From Alphaproteobacteria bacterium (GTDB taxonomy: Bacteria > Pseudomonadota > Alphaproteobacteria > GCA-2746255): 64,000 nucleotides of DNA. Both the position numbers and the translations under genes were made by a program. Shown in pieces: positions 47,152 to 57,168 of the stretch. The stretch covers positions 1,632,001 through 1,696,000 of the forward strand of contig OZ252220.1 in NCBI GenBank assembly GCA_965249135.1. The letters run 5' to 3'. The notes under the pieces were generated by a model. It saw only the letters and a program-made list of their open reading frames with translations, was not told the DNA's origin and searched no databases. Within the stretch, counting starts at the first letter, position 1. Each line of letters begins with the position of its first letter.

Positions 47152-48297
47152 ATGCGGAAGATGGAAGACAAAGAGATTGAGCGGCTACTCGGTCTAGCGC
47201 GTGACAAGTCCGATGCCGGAAGAGAGCGCCTGATCAACACGGTGAGCGATCTATTCACGGAGGATGAGCAAACGCTCACCGAGCGTGAGCGTGCGTTGAT
47301 GACGGACATCCTGAATCAGCTGATTCGGGAAGTGGAGATGACCGTTCGCCGGCATCTTTCCGAACGGGTGCCTGTCTTGCCGCACGCCCCCCGCGAGCTG
47401 ATCCTGACCCTTGCCAATGATGCGATCGACGTCGCCCGCCCGATCCTTTTGAAGAGCGAAATCCTTCACGATGTTGACCTCATCGAGGTCATTCATCAGC
47501 GCACCATGGAGCATCAACTTGCCATCGCCGTGCGAAAGGACATCGGTGAGTCTATCGCGGATGCGCTTGTCGAGACCGGCAGCGTCGATGTCATCAAAAC
47601 GCTTCTTGAAAATATGGACTCGAAGATCTCGAAGGGTACAAAGGAATACCTTGTCGAGGAATCGCAAAAAGTGGATGCCTATCGCGAGCCGCTCATACGG
47701 CGACCCGATTTAGGCTCGGAGCTTGCCGAGAAAATGTACTGGTGGGTTTCGGCCGCCTTAAGGCAAGAGATCGCCGCCAACTTCGATATCGACGTGACCA
47801 CCCTTGACGATCAAATCGAATCGTCCGTGCAGGATATTCTTGAATCGGAAGGAGAGACGGTCCCCAAGGCGAAGAAGAAACCGGATTCAGCGGAGCGCCT
47901 CGCCAAAGACATCGACGTCACGCCTGAACTTCTGGTTCGCGTTTTGCGGCAAGGAGAAATTACCCTTTTCGCGGCGCTCTTCGCAAAATACACGGAGCTT
48001 TCCGGCAAGCTCGTGCGACGGCTTTTGTTCGAGCCGGGGGGCGAAGGCATGGCCATTGCCTGCAAGGCGAAAGACCTTCCAAAACAAACCTTTGCATCTA
48101 TTTTTCTGCTTAGCCGCAAGGTCCAGCCCGGCGAGAACGTGGTCGATCCGGGCGAGCTTTCGAGGATTCTTGCGTTTTACGAGCGGATCGATCCGGAGGC
48201 GGCTCAAAAGGTCACGAAACAATGGCAGCGCGATCCTGAATACCTTTATGCTATAAGGCGGCTCGATTCGGCCAAGGACGACTCCGAAGAAGAGTAG
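47152..48297 (+). CDS. DUF2336 domain-containing protein
   Basis: LANDAIDVARPILLKSEIL, HQLAIAVR, LLEN, PLIRRPDL, MYWWVSAALR. Confidence 0.85.
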   Translation: MRKMEDKEIERLLGLARDKSDAGRERLINTVSDLFTEDEQTLTERERALMTDILNQLIREVEMTVRRHLSERVPVLPHAPRELILTLANDAIDVARPILLKSEILHDVDLIEVIHQRTMEHQLAIAVRKDIGESIADALVETGSVDVIKTLLENMDSKISKGTKEYLVEESQKVDAYREPLIRRPDLGSELAEKMYWWVSAALRQEIAANFDIDVTTLDDQIESSVQDILESEGETVPKAKKKPDSAERLAKDIDVTPELLVRVLRQGEITLFAALFAKYTELSGKLVRRLLFEPGGEGMAIACKAKDLPKQTFASIFLLSRKVQPGENVVDPGELSRILAFYERIDPEAAQKVTKQWQRDPEYLYAIRRLDSAKDDSEEE

Positions 48298-48332
48298 TGG
48301 CGTAATCATCTGCCGCCGTTTCAAAGGGAAGG

Positions 48333-50309
48333 GTGATAAGGGAACATTCGGGGATCTTGCGAAGCAAAGGGGCAAAACCCTCACACCTTAGATCCATCGA
48401 TTCGATTCCCGAGGAGAAAATCTCCCCGGAAAGTCTCGATGCGCTTCAGTCACAGGCGGGAATCTCCTTTCTGGATTCGATCCACCCCGTCTATATGGCG
48501 GACCTCGATGGCAACCTGCTTTATACGAATGAGGCCTTCGAGAATCTGAACCGTGCCGCGGACGGTACGACGACGAACATGTTTCCGTTCTCGCTTCGAG
48601 AAATCATGGATACAATCGGCCAGAGCGGGCAGACCGTGCATCACACCTTCTCGCTTAGGCGCGGTGTTCAGAACGAGCAATTTCATTCGCGTCATTTTCC
48701 GGTTCACGATGCCGAGGGAAAGCTTTCCGCCATCGCGGGCGTCGTGCAAAGCGTCGGCTACAGCGCCGGTCTTCGGAACCAACTGACGAAGGAGCGCAAG
48801 CGCTTCGAGGATCTTGCCAGGCTCGTCTCGGATTGGCCCTGGGAGACGGACGAAGATTTCAACTTCATCTATGCTTCTTCCCGCGTCTTCGATCTTATTG
48901 GCGTGTTGTCGCGCGAACTTGAAGGCCAAAACCTCTTCGCATTCGGCCATTTCAAATCGATTGGTGAAGACATCGATCGGCCGAGTCCCAGCATGCGCTC
49001 GCCCTTCCGGGAAGAGCTTTACGAGGTTGACCTTCCGGAAGGGGGAAAACGGACGTTCCGCTTGAGTGGCCTGCCCATTTTCGACGACGAGACGGGTAAG
49101 TTCCGCGGTTATCGTGGAACCGCCGAGGATGTCACGAACGAGACGCTTGCCTGGTCCAGGGCGGTCGAGTCGCGCATTCAGCTCGTTGAAGCCGTCGAAA
49201 GCATCCAGGATGCATTCGCCATTTTCGATACGGCGGAAAGTCTTGTTCTTTGCAACACGCGTTTTCGCGAGGATTTCCTTGAAGGAACGCCGCTTTCCGA
49301 TTCGCATGCAACGCTTGAGGATATCTTACGCATAAACATCGAAGCAGGACGCATGGTCGTTCCCGACAGGGATCCAGCTTGGCTTGAAGATCAACTGAAC
49401 CGTCTTCGCGAGGAAGCGGGCTTCGTTGAATTGGAATTGCAAGGCGGGCGATGGATGAAATTCACACTCCAGGGTATTACGAACGCTGGATCGCTTTGTT
49501 TTCTTTCCGACATAACGGACCTCAAGGAGCGCGAAGCGGTGTTGCGGGCAGCGAAGGAAGCAGCCGAGGCGGCCAACCAGACGAAATCCGATTTTCTAGC
49601 GAATATGAGTCACGAATTTCGCACGCCATTGAATGCCGTGATCGGTTTTTCCGAGGTGATGCACCGTGAATTGATGGGACCTCTCGGGAACGATGGCTAC
49701 CGTAACTATACGAAGGATATTCTTGAAAGTGCGCGGCATCTTCTCAGTATCATCAACAACATTCTTGATGTGTCGAAGGCCGAAGCCGGCGGGCTCGACG
49801 TCGAGGATCATCTCATTGACGTTCAACGGGTAACGGAGACGGTCCTTCGGCTTGTTCGCCAGAAGGCAAAGCAAAGCGGCGTCAAGCTGCTGTGCAAAAT
49901 TGCTCCGGGTCTTCCTCGATTCCGTGCCGACAGTATCAAGATGAAGCAGATCCTGCTGAACCTGCTTTCGAATGCAATCAAGTTCACGCCGGAAGATGGC
50001 CGGATCGAAGTCGAAGTTTTGCGAAACTCTGACGGCGGGTTGCTAATCACCGTCAGGGACAATGGTATCGGGATCGCGCCGGAGAATATCCCGAAGGCGC
50101 TTGCTCCCTTTGGCCAGGTCGATAGCTCGCTCAGCCGGCGCTATCCGGGGACCGGCCTTGGGCTGCCCTTGACGAAGAAGCTCGTCGAGCTTCATGGTGG
50201 AAAGCTTACGCTTTCCAGTAAACCGAACAAGGGAACGGAAGTACGCTTATGGTTTCCGGCCGGGCGCTTCGAATCACCGGACCTGCCGCCGCCGGCGAAC
50301 GCGCTTTAA
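48333..50309 (+). CDS. Cytoplasmic multi-PAS histidine kinase, PleC/DivJ (PdhS) type
   Basis: Three PAS-like segments; H-box FLANMSHEFRTPLNAVIGFSE; N box QILLNLLSNAIKFT; DNGIG, GTGLGL; no TM helix. Confidence 0.92.
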   Translation: MIREHSGILRSKGAKPSHLRSIDSIPEEKISPESLDALQSQAGISFLDSIHPVYMADLDGNLLYTNEAFENLNRAADGTTTNMFPFSLREIMDTIGQSGQTVHHTFSLRRGVQNEQFHSRHFPVHDAEGKLSAIAGVVQSVGYSAGLRNQLTKERKRFEDLARLVSDWPWETDEDFNFIYASSRVFDLIGVLSRELEGQNLFAFGHFKSIGEDIDRPSPSMRSPFREELYEVDLPEGGKRTFRLSGLPIFDDETGKFRGYRGTAEDVTNETLAWSRAVESRIQLVEAVESIQDAFAIFDTAESLVLCNTRFREDFLEGTPLSDSHATLEDILRINIEAGRMVVPDRDPAWLEDQLNRLREEAGFVELELQGGRWMKFTLQGITNAGSLCFLSDITDLKEREAVLRAAKEAAEAANQTKSDFLANMSHEFRTPLNAVIGFSEVMHRELMGPLGNDGYRNYTKDILESARHLLSIINNILDVSKAEAGGLDVEDHLIDVQRVTETVLRLVRQKAKQSGVKLLCKIAPGLPRFRADSIKMKQILLNLLSNAIKFTPEDGRIEVEVLRNSDGGLLITVRDNGIGIAPENIPKALAPFGQVDSSLSRRYPGTGLGLPLTKKLVELHGGKLTLSSKPNKGTEVRLWFPAGRFESPDLPPPANAL

Positions 50310-51535
50310 CCTTTCGCACTTCCCGGACTTAATGCGGGGTGAAGGGCGGCAACGCCCGGAAGCTCCTTGCCGCCGAGCCAATCCAAGAAGGCGCCACCCG
50401 CCGTCGAAACGTAGGAAAAATTTACATCGAGGTTGGCCCGATGCAATGCCGCGATCGTATCGCCGCCGCCACCGATCGAAAGCAGCTTTCCTTCATGGGT
50501 AAGCCGTGCCGCCACCCTTGCCACGGCCATCGTCGCCGTATCAAAGGGCGTGGTTTCGAAGGCCCCTAACGGCCCATTCCAAACCAGCGTCTTGGACGCA
50601 CGCAGATTTTCCAAAAGCAGCGCCACCGTCTTCGGCCCCACGTCAAGAATCATTCGATCCTTCGGAACGGCCGAGACCGGAACCGTTTCGGCAGAAATGT
50701 TTTCACGAAGCTCGGCGGCAACGACAACGTCTTCCGGAAGAAGAATCCTGCATTTCGCTTTCTCCGCCTCGGCGAGGGTCGCTTCTGCTTTCTCGACCAT
50801 GATCGTTTCGACAAGCGACATGCCGACCGCGAATCCCTTGGCCAGCAGGAATGTGTTTGCCATTGCTCCCACGATTGCGAGCGAATCCATTTTTCTCATC
50901 AGGTGATTTAGGATGTCGAGCTTCGTGGAAATTTTTGCACCGCCGACGATGGCAAAAACCGGTCGCGCCGGGTTTTCAAGCATCTGCTTTAGCGTTGCAA
51001 GCTCATGCTTGAGAACGGGTCCTGCGGCGGAAGGCAGTTTTTTCGCGAGCCGTTCGACGGAGGCGTGCGCGCGATGGGAGCAGGAAAAGGCATCGTTTAC
51101 ATAAAGATCACCAAGATCCGCGAGTGCAGATGCGAAGGCTTCGTCATTCGTCTCTTCGCCTGCATGGAAGCGGAGGTTTTCAAGAAGTGCGACCTCCCCA
51201 TCTTCAAGCTTTGCGACGACATTTGCCGCCCCACTTCCCACGCAGTCCTCGCCAAAGGCGATCCGTTGATTGAGCGCTTCTTCGAGAGGCGCGACGACGG
51301 CACGGAGCGAAAGCTCCGGCACGACCCTTCCCTTCGGCCGGCCAAGATGGGAAAGCAGGATCACTTTGGCGCCCCGCTTCGAAAGCGCACGCACCGTCGG
51401 CAGAACGCGTTCGATCCTGAGCGTGTCGACGACCACGCCGTCTTGCATCGGCACGTTGAGATCGACGCGAAGCAGCACGCGCTTCCCCCTCATGTCGAAA
51501 TCGTCGATCGTATGAAAGGCCGCGTTGCTTTCCAT
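50306..51535 (-). CDS. pgk: Phosphoglycerate kinase
   Basis: RVDLNVP, SHLGRP, LLENLRF, HRAHAS, GGAKISTK, WNGPLGAFE, STAGGAFL; ATG at 51535. Confidence 0.97.
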   Translation of the reverse strand: MESNAAFHTIDDFDMRGKRVLLRVDLNVPMQDGVVVDTLRIERVLPTVRALSKRGAKVILLSHLGRPKGRVVPELSLRAVVAPLEEALNQRIAFGEDCVGSGAANVVAKLEDGEVALLENLRFHAGEETNDEAFASALADLGDLYVNDAFSCSHRAHASVERLAKKLPSAAGPVLKHELATLKQMLENPARPVFAIVGGAKISTKLDILNHLMRKMDSLAIVGAMANTFLLAKGFAVGMSLVETIMVEKAEATLAEAEKAKCRILLPEDVVVAAELRENISAETVPVSAVPKDRMILDVGPKTVALLLENLRASKTLVWNGPLGAFETTPFDTATMAVARVAARLTHEGKLLSIGGGGDTIAALHRANLDVNFSYVSTAGGAFLDWLGGKELPGVAALHPALSPGSAKG

Positions 51536-51576
51536 TAATTTATAGATTTCAAAGGGTTGGTCTTTTGCCGATCGGA

Positions 51577-53595
51577 TCAGGAAAGCCGTTGGCGGACGGC
51601 GTCGGCCACCACTTCCGGGGTAATGCCGAAATGCTGAAAGAGGGCCTTGCCAGGGGCGGAAGCGCCAAAGCCGGACATGCCGATGAACAGACCGTCCGAG
51701 CCGAGGTAACGTTCCCAGCCCAGGGAAACGGCCGCCTCGATGCCGACACGAAGGGTGGCCGAACCCAGAACCTCCCGCCTGTAGTCGGCATCCTGTTCCT
51801 CGAAGAGTTCCCAACATGGCATCGAAACGACGCGGGCTTGGATGCCGTCTTTGGCAAGCATCTCACGCGCCGCAAGGGCGACGCTCACTTCCGAGCCAGT
51901 TGCGATGAGCGTCACCTTTGCCTCACCTTCCGAAGGTGCAAGGAGGTAGCCGCCCCTTGCCGAAAGATTTTCTTTCGTTTTTTCCGTCCGCACGGTGGGA
52001 AGGCCTTGTCGGGTGAGCGCAAGGACGGAAGGCCGATTCCGCGACTGAATCGCGAGTGCCCAGCACTCTGCCGTTTCCACGGCGTCCGCCGGACGCAGGA
52101 CACAAAGATTCGGTATCGCGCGAAGCGACGCCAAATGTTCGACGGGCTGGTGAGTCGGTCCATCTTCGCCCAGACCGATCGAATCATGGGTCATCACGTA
52201 AATCACGCCCAGTCCCATCAGCGCGGAAAGACGCAGCGCCGGCCGGCAGTAATCCGTGAAGATCAGAAAGCTCCCGCCATAGGGGATGACGCCCCCATGG
52301 AGGGCGAGCCCGTTCATGACGGCGGCCATCGCGTGTTCGCGAACGCCGTAATGGATATAGCCGCCGCCGTAATCGTCCCGGGTGAGCGGTTTTTGGTTGG
52401 CCGTCTTCGTGTTGTTCGACCCCGTCAGGTCCGCAGACCCGCCGATGAGCTCAGGCAGCGATGGCATGAGCGCTTCGAGCGCTCGCTCGGAGGCCTTTCG
52501 GGTCGCCAGACTCGGCGCTTCCGAGCGGAATTTGTCCTTCAAACGGTTAAGGGCGGTTTCCCACCCCTTCGGTAAGCGTTTGGCGAACATGCGCTCGAAT
52601 TCTTCACGCGCCGCCGGCGCGAGACGGTCGCGTCTTGCTTCCCAGGCCTGCCGGGCGGCAGCCCCTTGGGCGCCGATGGCCCGCCAGGCATTCAGAATCG
52701 CTTCCGGCACGACGAAGGGGGGCTCCGTCCAACCAAGGGCCGCCCGCACCCCGGCCACTTCCTCGGCGCCCAATGGAGCGCCGTGGGTCGCCGCCGTTCC
52801 CGCCTTCTTCGGCGCGCCGTAGCCGATGGTCGTTTGACAGGCGATCAGTGAGGGCCGGTCCGATTCGCGTGCCTTCGTGAGCGCTTCAAAAATGGCGTCC
52901 GGATCGTGCCCGTCGATGCGGGTGGTTTCCCAGCCGGCAGCCTCGAAGCGCTTCGGCTGATCATCGGAAACCGTGAGCGACGTCGGGCCGTCGATCGAAA
53001 CCCGGTTGTCGTCGAAGAGGACGATGAGTTTATGAAGCCGTAAGTGACCAGCCAGCGAGATCGCCTCGTGGCTGATCCCTTCCATCAGGCACCCGTCGCC
53101 GACAATCGCGTAAATATGATGGTCGACGACGGCGCTTCCGAAACGCGCCGCCAGGTGCCGTTCGCCAATCGCCATGCCGACGGCGTTCGCCAATCCCTGG
53201 CCGAGCGGCCCGGTCGTCGTCTCGATGCCCTTCGCATGGCGGTATTCCGGGTGGCCGGGCGTACGGCTTCCGAGCTGGCGGAAACGTTCGAGTTCCTCAA
53301 GCGGCATGTCCGCGTAGCCGGTGAGATAAAGCAGCGCATAGAGCAGCATCGATCCGTGGCCCGCCGAAAGGACGAGACGGTCACGATCCGGCCAATCCGG
53401 GACGGATGGGTCGAATTTCAGGAAATGGCGGGTGAGCACGGTCGCCACGTCCGCCATGCCCATCGGCATGCCAGGGTGGCCGGATTGTGCTTTTTCCACG
53501 GCGTCCATCGCGAGCACGCGGATCGTGTTGGCGAGATCCCGATGGGACGGCACCGTCCGGGAAGCCTGGTTGGAGCTGGAGGCGAGTCGGTTCAC
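51577..53595 (-). CDS. tkt: Transketolase
   Basis: [47 protein letters not shown]; GTG start at 53595 inferred. Confidence 0.97.
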   Translation of the reverse strand: MNRLASSSNQASRTVPSHRDLANTIRVLAMDAVEKAQSGHPGMPMGMADVATVLTRHFLKFDPSVPDWPDRDRLVLSAGHGSMLLYALLYLTGYADMPLEELERFRQLGSRTPGHPEYRHAKGIETTTGPLGQGLANAVGMAIGERHLAARFGSAVVDHHIYAIVGDGCLMEGISHEAISLAGHLRLHKLIVLFDDNRVSIDGPTSLTVSDDQPKRFEAAGWETTRIDGHDPDAIFEALTKARESDRPSLIACQTTIGYGAPKKAGTAATHGAPLGAEEVAGVRAALGWTEPPFVVPEAILNAWRAIGAQGAAARQAWEARRDRLAPAAREEFERMFAKRLPKGWETALNRLKDKFRSEAPSLATRKASERALEALMPSLPELIGGSADLTGSNNTKTANQKPLTRDDYGGGYIHYGVREHAMAAVMNGLALHGGVIPYGGSFLIFTDYCRPALRLSALMGLGVIYVMTHDSIGLGEDGPTHQPVEHLASLRAIPNLCVLRPADAVETAECWALAIQSRNRPSVLALTRQGLPTVRTEKTKENLSARGGYLLAPSEGEAKVTLIATGSEVSVALAAREMLAKDGIQARVVSMPCWELFEEQDADYRREVLGSATLRVGIEAAVSLGWERYLGSDGLFIGMSGFGASAPGKALFQHFGITPEVVADAVRQRLS

Positions 53596-53853
53596 GGCAA
53601 TTGCGATGCGTTGGTCTTCGACATGGATTCGACTACACGACCGGCGGGCCCGCTGGCGAAGGCTGTAACGTGAAGGGTCTATAACAGATCGCGGTCGCCT
53701 GTGGGAATGGCGTTTTCCCGAAAAGGCTTTCTTCGACATGCTCGATTGGTCGCGCTACGTCGGCCAGCTAGGATTTGATCCCCCCACCCCCATGGGCTAT
53801 GCCAAGACCCGCGTGTCCATTCGATGGGCGGCGAAGCGGCATGGGGCGGCTAG

Positions 53854-54861
53854 ATGGCGGAGAATGCCGGGAAGGCGAGTGGGCTTGAAGGCGAATTTGT
53901 CGCCGAGGCGGTCGAGCGACGGTGGTGGCCCTTTTTTCTCAAAGTCGCCGTCTCCGTAATCCTGATCGTCTTCCTTGTCACCACGCACGATGTCGGCGAG
54001 GCAATTCGCCACCTTGGCGGCATCCGGACACCCTGGCTGTTCGGCGGCCTCTTGTTGCTGGGCCTCGGCATTTTTCTAGCCGTCCTTCGCTGGGCGGCCG
54101 TCCTTGACGGCATGGGGATAGACTTACGCTTTCGGGAAGCCTTTCGCATTGTGCTCGTCGGGCTCTTCTTCAACCAGGCGCTGCCCTCCACGATTGGCGG
54201 CGATGCCGTAAGGGCGTGGCAGATCCATCGGGCCGTTGCCTCCGTTGGCCTTGCCCTTCGAAGCGTTATTCTCGACCGTCTGGCGGGCCTTGCCGGCCCG
54301 ATTCTTCTGGTGGCGGCGGTACTTCCTTTTCTCTTTCAGATCACGTCAAGCAGCGTCGCCCACGTCACGATGATGGGCCTTATCGCGGTGGCGGTGGCGG
54401 TGCTTGCCATGGTGCTGGTGTTCGACCGGTTGCCGATGGCTGCTTTAAGGGGCCGCATCTATGAATCTCTTGTCCATCTTTCCAAGGACGCCAGAAAACT
54501 TCTGCTGGCATCCCGGCGTGCGCCCCTTGTTCTTGGTTTTTCCACCTTCATTCATGTGCTTTCCGCCCTTACCGTTTTCTGTCTTGCACAGGGCCTTGGG
54601 GTCACGGTCGGTATCGTAGAATGTCTGGTGCTCGTCCCGCCGGTCATCATGTTGATGGTATTGCCGATCTCCCTTGCCGGTTGGGGGGTGCGGGAAGGGG
54701 CGATGATCGCCGCGCTTGGTTTCGTCAACGTCCCGGCGGGCGAGGCCCTTCTCCTGTCGATTGCCTTCGGGCTTGCCGTGCTTCTCACCAACCTGCCCGG
54801 TGGGGCCGTCTGGTTTCTCACACGCGCACCCCGTCCAACGAACGAGAGGGCAACGGAATGA
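53854..54861 (+). CDS. Lysylphosphatidylglycerol synthase TM domain / UPF0104 flippase-like membrane protein
   Basis: Polytopic; LRW, FFNQALPSTIGGDAVR, LDRLAG, PISLAGWGVRE. Confidence 0.88.
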   Translation: MAENAGKASGLEGEFVAEAVERRWWPFFLKVAVSVILIVFLVTTHDVGEAIRHLGGIRTPWLFGGLLLLGLGIFLAVLRWAAVLDGMGIDLRFREAFRIVLVGLFFNQALPSTIGGDAVRAWQIHRAVASVGLALRSVILDRLAGLAGPILLVAAVLPFLFQITSSSVAHVTMMGLIAVAVAVLAMVLVFDRLPMAALRGRIYESLVHLSKDARKLLLASRRAPLVLGFSTFIHVLSALTVFCLAQGLGVTVGIVECLVLVPPVIMLMVLPISLAGWGVREGAMIAALGFVNVPAGEALLLSIAFGLAVLLTNLPGGAVWFLTRAPRPTNERATE

Positions 54862-56327
54862 ACCGATCCGAAGCGCCCGTCCCGTCCTATGAGTCTCAGC
54901 CGCACGCGTCACGCAAGAATCGGATCCGCGAACGCTTCGATCGACTTGCAGAGGAACGGGGTGAGTGGATTTCTCGCAATTGGTTCTTTCACGAGGATGA
55001 CCGCAACTATATGCGCTTCCTTGTTCCCGAAGGGCTGCGCATCCTTGAACTCGGTTGTGGGACAGGGGAGATTCTGCATGCCCTGCAACCGTCCCGAGGG
55101 GTAGGCATCGATTTCAGTGAGCCAACGATTCATGTGGCGCAGGCAAAACATCCGGAACTCGAATTCGTCGTAGGCGACATCGAGGATCCGGCGGTTCTTG
55201 AAAAACTAGAGGGGCCGTTCGATATCATCGTGCTCTCGGATACGATCGGTTATCTCGACGATTGCCAGGCGCTGCTCGCTTCTCTTCACTCGCTTTGTAC
55301 GGCGGAAACGCGTCTCGTCGTCGCTTACTATTCCCATCTTTGGGAGCCGGTCCTGAAGGTTGCCGAATGGCTTGGCAACAAGATGCCTCAACCGTCACTG
55401 AATTGGATCACACCGGACGATCTTGTCGGCATCATGGGGCTGGCGGGTTTCGAGGTCATCAAGCGGGAATGGCGACAAATTCTCCCAAGGCATCTTTTCG
55501 GGGTTGGGCGGCTTATAAACCGATTCTTAGGCACGCTACCCTTCCTTCGGCGACTTTCGCTTCGCAATTACGTTGTGGCAAGGTCGCTTCGGAACGTCGA
55601 ACCTCAACGACTCAGCGCCAGCGTTATCATCCCTTGCCGAAACGAGCACGGCAACATCGAAGATGTCGTCCGCCGAATACCAAGATTTTGTGACGAGCTT
55701 GAAATTCTTTTCGTCGAGGGAAACAGCGTAGATGGAACTTTCGAAGAATGCCAACGTGTGAAAGAAGCGTATCCGGATCTCGCAATCGAAGTGCTACGGC
55801 AGGATGGAGAGGGAAAAGGCAATGCCGTTCGAAAAGGGTTTCAGGAAGCGCGGGGGGAGGTGTTGATGATTTTGGACGCTGACCTAACGGTTCCTCCGGA
55901 ATCACTTCCGAAATTTTACGAAGCGATCGCCCATGGAAAGGGTGAATTCATTAACGGCACCCGGATGGTCTATCCGTTGGAGCAAGATTCGATGCGTTTT
56001 TTGAACTATTGGGCAAATCGCATCTTTGCCTGGCTTTTTACTTGGCTGTTAAACCAGAGATTCACGGATACGCTTTGCGGGACCAAGGTGCTGCGACACG
56101 ACCGTTATGAACGGATCGTAGCAAACCGTGCCTATTTTGGCGATTTCGATCCGTTCGGCGATTTCGATCTGATCTTTGGCGCAGCAAAGCTGAATTTAAA
56201 AATCGTTGAAGTGCCGGTTCGCTATGCCAGCCGAAATTATGGCACGACCCAGATCGCTCGCTTCCGACATGGATGGCTGTTGTTGCGCATGGTGTTCTTT
56301 GCTTACCGTAAGTTAAAGGCCTTCTAG
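54858..56327 (+). CDS. Bifunctional class I SAM methyltransferase / GT2 (DPM1-like) glycosyltransferase
   Basis: N-terminal ILELGCGTG; C-terminal VIIPCRNE, ILDADL, TDTLCGTK, GDFD; ATG overlaps upstream stop. Confidence 0.9.
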   Translation: MNRSEAPVPSYESQPHASRKNRIRERFDRLAEERGEWISRNWFFHEDDRNYMRFLVPEGLRILELGCGTGEILHALQPSRGVGIDFSEPTIHVAQAKHPELEFVVGDIEDPAVLEKLEGPFDIIVLSDTIGYLDDCQALLASLHSLCTAETRLVVAYYSHLWEPVLKVAEWLGNKMPQPSLNWITPDDLVGIMGLAGFEVIKREWRQILPRHLFGVGRLINRFLGTLPFLRRLSLRNYVVARSLRNVEPQRLSASVIIPCRNEHGNIEDVVRRIPRFCDELEILFVEGNSVDGTFEECQRVKEAYPDLAIEVLRQDGEGKGNAVRKGFQEARGEVLMILDADLTVPPESLPKFYEAIAHGKGEFINGTRMVYPLEQDSMRFLNYWANRIFAWLFTWLLNQRFTDTLCGTKVLRHDRYERIVANRAYFGDFDPFGDFDLIFGAAKLNLKIVEVPVRYASRNYGTTQIARFRHGWLLLRMVFFAYRKLKAF

Positions 56328-56332
56328 CTTCC

Positions 56333-57055
56333 ATGGATCCGCGTCTGGATGTGCATCGTCGGCAATGGGAAGAAAAGGCGGTCCTTCGGGCGGTTTACAC
56401 CGATCTTTATCGGCGCATGGCGACCTCACTCGTTCCCGGCCCGACCCTTGAGATCGGCGGCGGGTCCGGCAATCTGAAGGCCTTTGCGCCGCAGGTACTC
56501 TCGACCGACCTTTTGGAAATGCCATGGCTTGACGCGGTCGCCGACGCCCAGGCGCTTCCATCCGCACCGTCAAGTTTTGACAACATCGTGATGTTTGATG
56601 TGCTGCATCATATCGCCCGGCCTCGCGCCTTTTTCACGGAGGCGGTCCGCGTCCTGCGGAAAGGGGGGCGTCTCGTCATGGTAGAGCCGGCCATTACGCC
56701 TCTCAGCGGGATTTTCTATCGTTTCCTGCATCCGGAGCCGGTTGATTTTCACGTCGATCCGCTGGCGGAGCAGGCCGGCGATCCCAAGCGCGACGCCTTT
56801 GCGGCGAACCAGGCCGTGCCCATTCTTCTCTTCCGAAAACGGCGTTCGGCGTTTCAGCAAGCCTTTCCGCAATTTAAGTTTTGTGAAACGTCTTTCTTGA
56901 GTCTTTTTACCTACCCCCTTTCCGGTGGGTTCCGTTCCTGGAGCCTGATCCCGGCCGGCGTCGTGCGAAGCCTGCTTCGCCTCGAGGATTCTTTGCTGCC
57001 CCTTCTGGGCCCGTTGATGGCGTTTCGGATGCTCGTCGTGTTGGAGCGGACTTGA
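56333..57055 (+). CDS. Class I SAM-dependent methyltransferase
   Basis: LEIGGGSG, DAQALP, FDVLHH, RVLRKGG. Confidence 0.9.
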   Translation: MDPRLDVHRRQWEEKAVLRAVYTDLYRRMATSLVPGPTLEIGGGSGNLKAFAPQVLSTDLLEMPWLDAVADAQALPSAPSSFDNIVMFDVLHHIARPRAFFTEAVRVLRKGGRLVMVEPAITPLSGIFYRFLHPEPVDFHVDPLAEQAGDPKRDAFAANQAVPILLFRKRRSAFQQAFPQFKFCETSFLSLFTYPLSGGFRSWSLIPAGVVRSLLRLEDSLLPLLGPLMAFRMLVVLERT

Positions 57056-57168
57056 TAGGCGCGATAGGCGCGGGCCATTTTTTTGGCTGGATCGGGTGAG
57101 TTGGAAGAAGTATAGGATGGCTCAACTTTAGGTTGGTCCGCCCATTTTCCGTTCACGATCAGGCGTAC

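Noticed and set aside
30903-54857. Long N-terminal extensions in the ORF track for sdhD, leuC, rplS, mtaB, pgk, tkt and the MTase-GT2 fusion
   Set aside because: Artefacts of taking the most upstream start codon; they overlap neighbouring genes, and conserved N-termini begin at later starts.
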